NCBI RefSeq assembly: GCF_006345805.1
Contig: NW_021832869.1
Coordinates: 1 to 64,000 of the forward strand
DNA: 64,000 bases
Reading direction: 5' to 3'
Source of the DNA: Octopus sinensis
Lineage: Eukaryota
Position 1 is the stretch's first letter. Every line of letters begins with the position of its first letter. Under the pieces are notes generated by a model that was not told the DNA's origin, ran no database searches, and worked only from the letters and a program-made list of their open reading frames with translations. Shown in pieces: positions 10,460 through 20,530 of this stretch. A program made the position numbers and the translations under genes.

Positions 10460-11310
10460 ACCATTCAGACAATCAATCATTAAGTTTATTGTAATTAACA
10501 GAGAAGAGAAAGTGACAGGAATTGAGGACGGTGATAGGACGAGACTGATGCCAGGCAACTGAACTCTTCTGAGCTTGTGTCCAATTAATCTGTCGTGAGG
10601 CAGAGTTAATAAAGTAGGTTCATTATTTTTGACGAGTGCAGAGAGTTTCCGATTGATAAACAGGTCGGTCACCTGAGTTCTTTCCGGAAAGATCGGATAG
10701 ATTTCTCAATGACCTGTCGTATCTCCGGAGATCTGGTCTCCGCCCAGCTTGGGACGGGCCATCGCGGATCAAGCCTGTAAGCTAGCTTCAACGCGTAGCG
10801 TCAGATTTTCTCCTTTCCCGCAAATTTTCTCGAGATTTTTTCGAGTAGTACCATGCTTCTATCCGTACAAGCAAGCTGGGTAGGATGGTTGCATGGAACA
10901 CGAAGAGGAATGTCTTAGGATCCAGATGCATGCTTCTTAAGAGGCGGAGAGCCGCAAAGGCTTTTGCTCTCTCTTTTCTTGACATGCAGACGGTAACCCG
11001 AGTTAGCGTCGATGAATCCCCAGGTAGCGTATGCAGCTGGGGATACAACATTTCGGCTAGGGGCCCAGAGCTCTGATCTGATGGACTTTTCGAGTTGATT
11101 TGTAGGAAAGCGGATTATCCATTGCTAACGAGAGCTGTTTGCTGCGCACCACTCCTTTATTACCTCAATGTAGGTGAAAAGCCTCTTTTCTGAGGCCATC
11201 ACATCCTTTGAGGTGTCAAGGATAAGGACGTCATCAGCAAAGAGAAGTAGATTTGTCCGAGGGTCTTGGGGCAAAGGGAAACTGCTCATAACCAGATTGA
11301 AAAGAAATTA
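10460..11310 (-). mobile_element. Jockey/I-like LINE (family A), 5'-truncated within RT
   Basis: LFNLVMSSFP..LLLFADDVLI, then FHATILPSLL..EAWY; AATAAA and (TTGA)-like tail near 10470. Confidence 0.8.
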
Positions 11311-11319
11311 TTCATCATT

Positions 11320-11680
11320 GTTTTTTTTTATCTTAAATCAATTATTAATGTTAAAAAATTTGGAAATAGTTATACAGGTACGAAGAAATGATGGCGATCC
11401 TGTTTTTCCTCTCTATTGCTTGGGACACGTTCTGGAAGAGCCATCTCTTCCCCAGAGGATTGTGTGTTTCTCAAGGTCTTGAGACGTCCAATACACTTGA
11501 GAAACCTCAACGAATCCTTCCCAATCGATCCCAGGGTTTCGACAGCAACCGGCCGGAAAACGTAACGATCGGTGAGCCCATCATATTTCTTTTTCTTGAT
11601 GTCCTCTGCATTATCCGCAGCTGTGCCGAGACTGACAGAGTGTCAGTGAGCTGGTGCCCCGGATGATAGCGCATTTCTGA
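11320..11680 (-). mobile_element. CRE-like element 3' end (endonuclease C-terminus, 3' UTR, poly(A)) fused to viral L
   Basis: Minus frame GTAADNAEDIKKKKYDGLTDRYVFRPVAVETLGSIG...WLFQNVSQAIER; T-run at ~11321-11329. Confidence 0.8.
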
Positions 11681-13876
11681 TTTCTGTCTTAATCCCTCTA
11701 ATCCACCGGGTCGCCCGTTCCATGACACCATTAGGTCATTGTACTTATTTTTTATTCTGCCTGATTCATCAACCATAAAAGCAAGAGGTGCGTTTGCATA
11801 GTAAAAGCCAGATTTCTCAAATATTCTGTGTGTTCTTGAAAAGACATTTTTTAATCCGCATGCACGATCCATCACTTAAAGATTGGCGAAGTGGAGTCAT
11901 GTCTTTGAAGATTGTTCCATTTAGAGTAGTCAACATGTGCAGCATATGTAACAGTGGTCCTTTGATCCGTTGAGTGTCCTGGACTGCCTCTCTCATTTTC
12001 TTGTACACTGTAATTGATGGGTCGTTTTCATAGTAATAGAATCAAACATCGGTAAGAAGTATTTCCAATTAGTTTCTCTGTAGCACAAAATAGAGTCGAA
12101 GAGGAAAGTCATTAATGAAAAGAACCTTCCTTCCTTTTGAGCTCACGCTCTTTTGCTCTCACTCCAATCACATAGTCTTTTTCTTCGAATCCGTTCTCAT
12201 CAATATCTTTTAAGAATTGTTTAAAGTTCACATTTTCTTTACTTAACGCAGTGTTCAGGACCCTTCTATCTGCACTGTATCCAATGGTTCCTTTCCGCAA
12301 TGATTCTTTGAGCTCTTCCATGTTTAGTGAATGTGATTTATCACTTAATAGTTCTGATAATGGCATGGTTTCAGGTATCTCAAATATTGGCAGCATGGGT
12401 AATTTATGCCAATTGTGCCCAAATGCACGTATGGACAGTTTGCTTGGGAAGAGATCGGATTTTATCTGATACATAAATGTTTTAGAATACGGCTCAAGTT
12501 CATCCAATTTTTCTTTGTCGACTGACCATCGCTTCTTGTCTTGAAAGTCTATTACAAGAATCATTCGAGCAAGGTCACTCGCCAGTTTCTCTATATATTC
12601 TGAGTCAATAGGTAGATCTTCATGGGTTTGATCGTAAAGTTTCTTTAGCCCTTCTTGCCATTTTATTCGCGGGTGACCCCAATGCCTATATGTTCCAAAG
12701 TATCCAATAACTTCATGCTTGTTATTATTGTTCATTATCAGATCATACAAGTATTTAGCAGTATTTGGTCGGAGATGCTCTGCATCATCGACTGTTTTCT
12801 TGATGAAATCATGAAAATCAGATAATGACGGGACATCAGACCCTTCTTCTGACAATAAAACTGATTTGTACATTGCTATGACTTCTATTAACTTAATAGA
12901 TTCATATAGTTCAGTTCCGTCTCTCACCATCATCTGGTCAAAGTGTATGTACATTCTAACCAAATCATGTGTGAAATGTTTTGTGAATCTTCTCCCATTA
13001 TCTAACTGTAATGACAACAAGCCGTTCCAGCGGCTCTGGAAAATATCCTTAACCATTAGGACCAAGTTAAAATCCAATAATAATTGTGTTGTATCAACTA
13101 TTATGTATTCTTTTTCAATCCACACTTTATGACTCACACTCACATCAGGGCTCTGAATTATAAAAAAGAGTTTTCCTTCATCATATCCGTACCTTAACCC
13201 AATAACATGTAGCCACCGCGAATTCTTTAGAATTTTGTTAGTTTCTTCATTTAATGTAGAATTCATTAAATTCACAATAAGCGAAAAAAGTTTCGAACAC
13301 AAAAAATATTGCATCACGCTCTTGTTTTCCAACATCGTAGTAACATTTTGTCGGATTGCATACTTTCGGTCTCTATGAAATCTTTGTTCCCTCCCAGTAT
13401 CCTTTCTTCAAAACAAGACGCAATCCTGTTGTATGGTTTGTCTTCAGACATAATTCTTCTGAAGTGTTTCAGCGTTGCCCTCCTCGTTGCAATGGAAGGC
13501 AGAAGAAAACATTTGTTTTCTGTTATTATCATATCAAACAACGCTTTATGGATTACCTCCCCAGATGGAAAATTAGAAGGGTTGTATAGAGGCTATCATA
13601 GTGTTTCTCCATAAAATTGTTCCGTATCCTCAAATGATCTTTGGTAACCAGTCTTGTTTTGTCGTCAACTAGCTGATCAATAGAATCGGTTATGATTGGT
13701 TGATTCAAATTATAATCCCTTTCATGGAGTATATCAGCCAACAGGTAAGTAGGTATGTCATCGTTCTCATTTCCTGATTGGTTTAATTGTAATTCCTCGT
13801 ATAGGTTCCCAAACTCATGTATGTTAGAAAAGTTACACTCAGTTAAAAACCGGTCTTCTATATAGTTGAAATTCAT
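11681..13876 (-). pseudogene. EVE-2 L polymerase, N-terminus to RdRp motif B (~730 codons), frameshifted
   Basis: ERDYNLNQP, RHWGHP, FGHNWHKLP, DKSHS, KERELKR, HVDYSKWNN (motif A, ~11910-11935), WNGRPGGLEGLRQK (motif B) where it breaks off. Confidence 0.95.
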
Positions 13877-13880
13877 CTAT

Positions 13881-13899
13881 ATTGTTGTTTTTTTCATTG
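13881..13899 (-). promoter_or_regulatory. Rhabdoviral G/L gene junction CAATGAAAAAAA-C-AACAAT
   Basis: A7 polyadenylation signal plus AACA start, just upstream of the L ATG at 13876. Confidence 0.9.
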
Positions 13900-13938
13900 G
13901 AAATAGGTTAATATGAAAAAAATTAAGTTAGTTGTTAG

Positions 13939-15550
13939 TTATAACGGAATATTTGTATATGGTTTTTGACGGACAAAGTGATGGTAGTTAAACCTTTCTT
14001 CATGAGCATCAGGAAGATTATCACCATTGTTTTCCTCCTCACCTTCTATGTTTTCTTCCGTAAAGTATTGTCTGTGCCTTCTTAAGGGGTGATAACGCCC
14101 TATCCTTCTCACAATGTTGCGGTGATGGTGCCCCATCAAACAATGATACAGAAATGTTAAAGAGACTGTAACTACAATTCCAAGGAACAAATAGGTGAGT
14201 ATGAAGATCACCTTGTGTCTCAATGATACCACCCAGTTGATGTTATTGAGTCTAGGTGATTTATCTCTCTCGTCTATAATCACTTTCTGCTCTTCAGTTG
14301 ATGATAACTTTTGAACATCATTTATAACTTCTTCAATATCTCTTTCATTGTTTGTTAAATTCACAACTAGATCATATGTCTCAACTGTATCATCAAGGTT
14401 TGGAATCACAATTTGATAAGCATCGTTTATGTATAATCCGTTTATACTTGAAGTAGATGGTGCACAGCGGCCACTCATGTTCGTTATGGACCCATCTGTG
14501 TCTATACACCAATTGCCTAAACAGCATTTTTTTTACATCAGTGCTGTTAGGGTCAATGGTTACCCATGTATACTGTGCTGCTCGTAAATACAGACCCTCA
14601 TCAGTCAATTTGTAAATGTATGACACGGATGGAGACGATGGTATTAGAGAAAGTAGGTTTGAATGCCGTATCTCCATTGATTCCTTGATTTGTGACCTGA
14701 CAGTCTCACATAGTGTATTTTTGACCATGTTTCGAATTTGGTGTACTTCGACGTCAATGTACCATTTCCTTGAAACGCCTTTCGGTTTTTGTTTGCAAAG
14801 CTTAGTACAAGACACAGATGTGCCATGTAACATAAGCCCTTCCAGCGTATTTATGTACTTCTTCCCACAATGGGTTTCACAACACCGTTTGTTGACTTGC
14901 AGATAATTACCAAATTCAGTTATGTACACGGTTGAGTTGAGCTTGTGCAATTTTATCTTTTGATCAGGTGCACACTGATCTCTCGAGGTTTCTATGTAAA
15001 TTCCTTTATTCGAATTGAATTTACATGTCTTGTTTAAGCATATGTTGTCCTGAAAGAAAGAATTCTTTAGTGTATTTGACAATTGGTCAATCATGTAATT
15101 CACCGGATGTACAAGGTATTTTACCACTTTTTCTTCTGTTACTTTGGGCCAGATACAATTACAGCTTGGATAGGCAAAAACTGATGAAAAGCCACTGTAT
15201 GAGCCTTGCATGTATCTATCAATCTCTGCATGACATTCTTCATCAGGTGTCATTTCATTTTTCCAGTGTTGCTTTACTATTTTCTCCCATAGCCAAAAAG
15301 GGTAGTCACATCTGCAGTGTAATTCGTATTTATTGCATGTAAATCCTCTTGAATAAAGTTTCGTCACATGAGTTTCCACATAGCTGACTTCATCCATTGC
15401 ACTGATCGGGCTTGTGTTTGGATACACTCTTGGGCATATAATGTTGTCAGGATTTATTTTATTCTATTTTGAGCTCAAGACATGGGTAGGTAGAAGTATC
15501 TCATATTCCGACTTAGTGTGTAACAAAAGCAGAACCACCTGAATGATCAT
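13939..15550 (-). pseudogene. EVE-2 glycoprotein G (class III fusion protein), frameshifted
   Basis: ATG at 15550 gives signal-like MIIQVVLLLL; Cys pattern GFTC..CRCDYPFW..EECHAEI..YPSC..ICLNKTC matches rhabdovirus G; TM segment VIFILTYLFLGIVVTVSLTFLY and cytoplasmic tail in ORF 13939-14478. Confidence 0.92.
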
Positions 15551-15562
15551 GACCTTGGTCTG

Positions 15563-15579
15563 TGTTAGTTTTTTTCAAA
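15563..15579 (-). promoter_or_regulatory. Rhabdoviral M/G gene junction TTTGAAAAAAA-CT-AACA
   Basis: A7-CT-AACA, 13 nt before the G ATG. Confidence 0.9.
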
Positions 15580-15595
15580 TAGGTTAATATGAACC

Positions 15596-16451
15596 TCATG
15601 ATTGGGCCAAATGCTGTTTACATTGGCTGAAGAAAGTGACCCTCCATGATTCATTGTTACATGGGTACAAGGATTTATTTCCATTAACAATAAAAAAACA
15701 TACATTGATGGAAAAATAGTGTGCTTGCTGCACCGAGTTTCCAAACAATGCCTTCAGGTAATCAGCACAATGACTGTTCCTCGGCTTTATATCAATCTCA
15801 CAAGATATAGTCCAAGGGCAACCCATGTCTTCAAGATCAAATTTGTGAGTATACTTCTTATTGATAATTTCATTGGTGAGGTAAAATGAGCCGGTTAGGA
15901 CGGACTCATGCCTCATGACCATATAATCACCAAGTTCCACATAATGGTTTAATGACAACAAGTATATGTAAACGATTGATATTAAGTCGAAGTTCTCAAT
16001 CTCGGCATGCATCATGTCCCTTATAGCATAATATACATTTTTGAGGTCTATATTGCTAAAGAATGATTTATCTCTTTTAATGTGTGCATTTATTTTAATA
16101 GTGAATGTTCTCATTGTGATCGACAAGTTTTTAAGCGGAAGATAAGGTGACTCTACAAAATTGTACCGATTTTGATCAGAGTTGTCAACTGCGGGCATTC
16201 CAAGCAGGCATGTAGTGTTGTAATACAAGTTACGGTAATCAGGGAGGTGTTCAGACCCCCGGAAGCTTGAGTGTGCAGAGAAGATCATGTTCGAATTTCC
16301 TGTCCTCATATCCTTGTCACCGACTAGGATGGGTGTTGTGTTTGTTGTAGGTTTTGGCACAATAGACTTTTGATTCTTTCACCCCTTTCTTGCCTGATAG
16401 TGATTGCTTATCCATCTTTTGTTAATCTTTTTGTTTCTTAATAGACTTCAT
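15596..16451 (-). CDS. EVE-2 putative matrix protein M (5' end frameshifted; ORF 15596-16360)
   Basis: Position directly upstream of G, basic N-terminus, flanked by gene junctions; no sequence-level match recognised. Confidence 0.65.
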
Positions 16452-16454
16452 TTT

Positions 16455-16473
16455 CACTCAGTTTTTTTCAAAA
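16455..16473 (-). promoter_or_regulatory. Rhabdoviral P/M gene junction TTTGAAAAAAA-CT-GAGTG (atypical start)
   Basis: A7-CT conserved; start differs from AACA; ATG at 16451. Confidence 0.75.
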
Positions 16474-16480
16474 AGTGACT

Positions 16481-17734
16481 TCAATTTTTCGACAAAGTCA
16501 ATATCACACCATTGCGATCTTGATCCACGGCAATTTTGGTTCCTTTCCTTATCAACTTGTGGACAAATCTCTTCCTATCTAAGATGTTCTTAGCCTTTAA
16601 GTCTCCATTAGTTCTTATAGATCTCCCCACACATTCGAGCAAATTTCCGAGGTATATGAAAGACTTGTATGATGAACCATTCTCTCTCATCTCTTTACAA
16701 AGCAGAGTTTCCAGGTCTATAGTGCGTATGAGGAATAAGAGCGCATTGGACCTTGGCTCAAATATCTGATAAGCGTAGTATAACCTGTTAGCCCCTTTCG
16801 GGTTCTTTCCTCGGCAATCAAATAAGACCACATCCTCCCATTTCTCAGTCAGCTTCATTATTGAGTCTTTCTTACCATCAGTTGGATCACATGGAAGTCT
16901 TCTTGCCCCTTCTTTCCCATAGCCTATTACAATGTCATCATTTCTTCCTAATGACCAATAAAAACAATTGTTAATTTGTGGCTTCCTTGGCCTCTTGAAG
17001 TAGGTTAACGCACCTGCATCGATCATGATTCTTTCTTCAGTGTGCTCAACTAGCTTTGATGGCTTGTATTTAGAGTCATTGTTGAGAAATTGAATTAAAT
17101 TATTCATGACTTTTAAGCATTTCTTTTCCCTAAAAGTTCTCATCATCATATGGTAGCCATAGATCACATCATAATTGCATCCTGATTTAGGCACAAGGGA
17201 TGGGAAGTTAAGAGGTAGATTGTTGTTGATTATCCAGCCCTCGATTTCATCGAAGATGATGTGCCTCTCATCATCCTCATCATTGAGTTTCTTTCTCTCA
17301 CCCCTTATAAATTTCTCAATAACCGCGTTGTAGCTTTTTCTCGATGAACATTTGCCTTCTGTTTCCTCATATTTCCTCTTAGTTGATTGCGATAGCAAAT
17401 AAGTAAATATAATTGGTGTCTCCTCGTCAACATTTATTTCATTTAGTTGTTTAGTGATAAAACTAGTCTCTTGCTCAAACTCACTCATTATCTCTTCATT
17501 GATCAATATGTCAGGTAGGTATTTGGGCCCCCTGTTCTCTTCATCAGATAATTCATAGGTGTCATCTTCTCCTTTGACCACGTCAGCGGGTGTAGTTCTG
17601 GCATGATGATTTGTAAATGAGGTTCTAAGGGGTCTGTGCAACTTTACACTTTTGGAAATGCTGTGAATTCTCACTATTTCTTTTAGTGTGAGTTGGTTCT
17701 TTTCATCATTGACACTTGTACGGTTAAGGGACAT
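16481..17734 (-). CDS. EVE-2 417-aa intact ORF in the P (phosphoprotein) position
   Basis: Uninterrupted; acidic N-terminal region (EDDTYELSDEE, EEIMSEFEQE); own start and stop junctions; assigned by position only. Confidence 0.6.
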   Translation of the reverse strand: MSLNRTSVNDEKNQLTLKEIVRIHSISKSVKLHRPLRTSFTNHHARTTPADVVKGEDDTYELSDEENRGPKYLPDILINEEIMSEFEQETSFITKQLNEINVDEETPIIFTYLLSQSTKRKYEETEGKCSSRKSYNAVIEKFIRGERKKLNDEDDERHIIFDEIEGWIINNNLPLNFPSLVPKSGCNYDVIYGYHMMMRTFREKKCLKVMNNLIQFLNNDSKYKPSKLVEHTEERIMIDAGALTYFKRPRKPQINNCFYWSLGRNDDIVIGYGKEGARRLPCDPTDGKKDSIMKLTEKWEDVVLFDCRGKNPKGANRLYYAYQIFEPRSNALLFLIRTIDLETLLCKEMRENGSSYKSFIYLGNLLECVGRSIRTNGDLKAKNILDRKRFVHKLIRKGTKIAVDQDRNGVILTLSKN

Positions 17735-17750
17735 TGAAATAATGACTTTT

Positions 17751-17770
17751 ATTGTTAGTTTTTTTCATTG
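17751..17770 (-). promoter_or_regulatory. Rhabdoviral N/P gene junction CAATGAAAAAAA-CT-AACAAT
   Basis: Vesiculovirus-type TGAAAAAAA-CT-AACA consensus, 17 nt before the ATG at 17734. Confidence 0.9.
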
Positions 17771-17793
17771 GTACCAAAAAAATGAGAACAAAT

Positions 17794-18153
17794 TTAAACC
17801 CTCCTGACACGTTTTTTCTTCCCCTCTGCATGACTGCTCATTCTTTTGCGTCCTTTTCTTCTTTTGTTCACCTCTATGTATGCGCGTGTTTTAGCGTCTT
17901 CTTCATTGAAACCATCTTGAAGTTCTTGATTAAATATGTCCACAAATTCATCCATCTCCATCATCTCTTCAATTGGGATTGCTGACTCATCCGAGGAGTA
18001 TTCCGCCTGGTTCTGCTCGTTGTTGTACTCATCAATAGACTGCATTTGTATCTGTGTGTGATCCATTGTCCTCATAGTTTTTATCACCTCTGCTAGCGTA
18101 TTTGTGCGAGAGGGAACCAAAGCAATCTTTTTCATAACAATGCCTTTTTCCAT
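17794..18153 (-). pseudogene. EVE-2 probable nucleoprotein N C-terminal fragment
   Basis: Ends before the first gene junction; SRTNTLAEVIK resembles the N terminal helix (R.xTIG-like), followed by acidic and basic tails; 5' part cut by a CRE fragment. Confidence 0.5.
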
Positions 18154-18155
18154 TG

Positions 18156-18625
18156 AGGTGAGGTAAGGACAGTTGCGGAAAGGTCATTGACAGAAGAGGG
18201 CTACACCCCCTCTCTTGTCGCCTCAGTGCCGGCCGTATACCCAGACATGCCGCCTTGAATGATATTGTCAAGCGCGCGCTCTACGCCGCTGGATTCCCTT
18301 CGGTCCTGGAGCCGGTTGGGTTAGACAGTGGCGACGGAAAACGTCCCGATGGGTCCACGCTATTCCCGTTCAAGGGGGGACTCGCTCTCGTTTGAGACGT
18401 CACCTGTGTCGACTTGTTTTCCTCGTCATCTCTCATGGACTCTGCCTCCCGCCCTGACTCAGCCTCCGCACATGCCGAAACAAAAAAAATCACTAAGTAT
18501 GCCTCATTGGAGAACACCTGCCTTTTCGTCCCTCTTTTCAGCGCATTTCGCTCGAGATATTGCGCGGAAAATGCCTGTCTATTCCCTCGTCCTCTCAATC
18601 CAAGAATTAACGTGGATCATTTTAT
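18156..18625 (+). mobile_element. CRE-like element 3' part (Zn knuckle plus endonuclease), 5' end joined to EVE-2
   Basis: [55 protein letters not shown]; its tail also matches 61140-61240 (minus). Confidence 0.85.
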
Positions 18626-18799
18626 TATTTTTTTGGAAATAAATAAAAAATTTCAAAAAAATATAATTTGTTTACTTTGGCTAAATTATCCCAAAAAAAT
18701 AGTAAATATATACAGTGAACAAAAATAAAAACTGAAAAAGCATTTTCTCATGAATTTACTATGAAACAATATTTAAAAAATAACTTCTATTAATTTAAA

Positions 18800-18935
18800 A
18801 CATTAAACAGGCCCAAACATTCTCTATAGGGTTTAAATCTGGGCTTTGTGTTGGCCATAGTAGCAATTCGATATTATTTACTTGAAGAAAGCTCTTTGCT
18901 ATTGTCGAAGTATGTTTCGGATGATTGTCTTGTTG
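18800..18935 (-). mobile_element. Tc1/mariner transposase fragment
   Basis: Minus frame QQDNHPKHTS..WPTQSPDLNPIENVW. Confidence 0.8.
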
Positions 18936-18939
18936 ATAA

Positions 18940-19025
18940 GACAGCAACAGAAACATTTTTGGTTTTTATAGGAGTTCTTTTTTGTCCTTTTGTGCTAACT
19001 TTAGGTGCCATTATTAACAAAATTT
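18940..19025 (-). pseudogene. Short 5' coding fragment MAPKVSTKGQKRTPIKTKNVSVA (H2B-tail-like, or a LINE ORF1 start); second copy at ~32986-33063 (+)
   Basis: Near-identical copies at two sites; resembles H2B tails such as Drosophila [20 protein letters not shown]. Confidence 0.35.
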
Positions 19026-19061
19026 GCAAGTTCTGGAAAATTTTTATTTTAAATAATTAGT

Positions 19062-20150
19062 TAGAGAGGCTGTTAGTGAGGTAACATAAGGAGACCTTCG
19101 GCATTCCTGCCTTTTCGGTCCAGCACACACGCTCGCCTCTCTACACAACCACAGGTTAGGACTTACCGTCTTACCTGCCACCCAGTCATTATCTTCTCTA
19201 GGACCTCAGGGAGGCCTTTGAGGGACAATTCCTGGGCGAAAAGGCTTCCTCCATACGTGGAGATGCCATTGCACTCACCCCCTTGCGAGCGTGTGCCGCA
19301 GGACAGTGTTAGTCCTGCGGTGGAGTTATGTATACGCCTGATAACACTTTGTAGGGAGATGAAGTGCAGTGTAGCGGATATGCTACGCCGCAACTATGCC
19401 GAGGCCAAGAAGATCCTTGGCGAGGAGCCGATATGATGCTCAACATCATATCGGTGAACGCGCGCTCCTTGTCAGGCAAAGGAGACGCGATTCGGAGGAT
19501 GTTGGCCACCACTAGTGCGGACATCCTGGTGGTCAACGAAACAAAGTTAAAGCAGGATCGGTACGTAGTTGATGGCTACAACTGCTGTCACATACCCTGG
19601 AAACAGGGGTCAACATGTGGCACTGGAACTAGCCTCTTCTACAAGCCGTACCTTGCTCTCCGGAGCTCAGGTTTATGTTCTTGTAGCCTATGTGAATTCC
19701 TCCAAGTGAGGATTCGCATCGGACCCGGTTGAGGTGGCTGATATATTTTCAACCCACCTCAACAACATCTCGGGAACTGACGGAAGTCAGTTCGTAGAGA
19801 CGTCGTCTTTTGTTACTATCCAGGAGGTATTGTCTTGGGACAAGCGCTGCCAGCTGGACATATCAAGGGTCGATGCAGGCGAAGTTTCCGAAAGGGAGAT
19901 CCTGGCAGCGATCTCCCGAAGTAAGAACACCGCGGCGGGGCTAGATCGGATCCCTATGTCCATCTTCAAAAAGGCCCCGCCGTTGTTGATCACGGCCTTA
20001 CAGGTTTTGTTTAGCGGGAGCTTGCGACTTGGGATGATTCCTTCCAGGTGGAAAGTGGCTGAGGTAATCCTCATTGGAAAACCTGGGAAGCCTCATGATG
20101 TCCCCGGGGGATATAAGCCCATTTCCCTTTCAGGGAAGGCAAGTCCCTGA
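19062..20150. mobile_element. Jockey/I-like LINE (family B) with inversion: 3' tail minus (19062-19215), internal APE/RT pieces plus (19216-20150)
   Basis: Tail matches the reverse complement of ~37900-38050; plus part MMLNIISVNARSL..VNETK and NTAAGLDRIP..YKPISL match 35347 and 36700-36900. Confidence 0.85.
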
Positions 20151-20530
20151 TTTGGGACGCAACTTGTGTTGACTCGTTCTCCGCGTCGGTGTTACTCAAG
20201 TCCATCACTAACCCGGGTTCCGCCAGTGCTCAGGCTGAGGAGGCTAAGAGGTCGAAGTATGGAAATATTTCGGACTCTTACGAGTTTGTCCCCCTCGCCT
20301 TCGAAACATCTGGAATTGTCGGCAGGTCTGCGACTCGCCTTCTTGCCGACATTGCCAGGAGAATTGCCAGGAAGACCAACGACCGGAGAGAGACGAGCTG
20401 GCTCTTCCAGCGAATCTCGGTCGCGGTGCTCCGCGGAAACTGCCACTCGATACGCAGTGCGGCGACTTTGAGCTGACCTCCAGGCTCTTTATTAATTCGT
20501 GTACAACTTATTAAATTAATTTGTTTAATA
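20150..20530 (+). mobile_element. CRE-like element 3' end
   Basis: WDATCVDSFS..AEEAKRSKY..FVPLAFETSG..WLFQRISVAVLRGN. Confidence 0.85.

Larger units (their letters stand above)
11681..18155 (-). other. Endogenous rhabdovirus-like genome segment N(3')-P?-M-G-L(5') (EVE-2)
   Basis: Five collinear ORFs in rhabdovirus order, separated by four conserved A7 gene-junction signals; G and L recognisable by motifs. Confidence 0.95.

Noticed and set aside
11681-16451. Programmed frameshifting or editing in viral genes
   Set aside because: Similar frameshifts occur in host genes and TEs, often in homopolymers; decay or read error is simpler.
4648-20150. HeT-A/TART-like telomere maintenance by Jockey-clade arrays
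   Set aside because: A TTAGGG array is present, and most LINE tails point toward the telomere, opposite to telomeric retrotransposon arrays.
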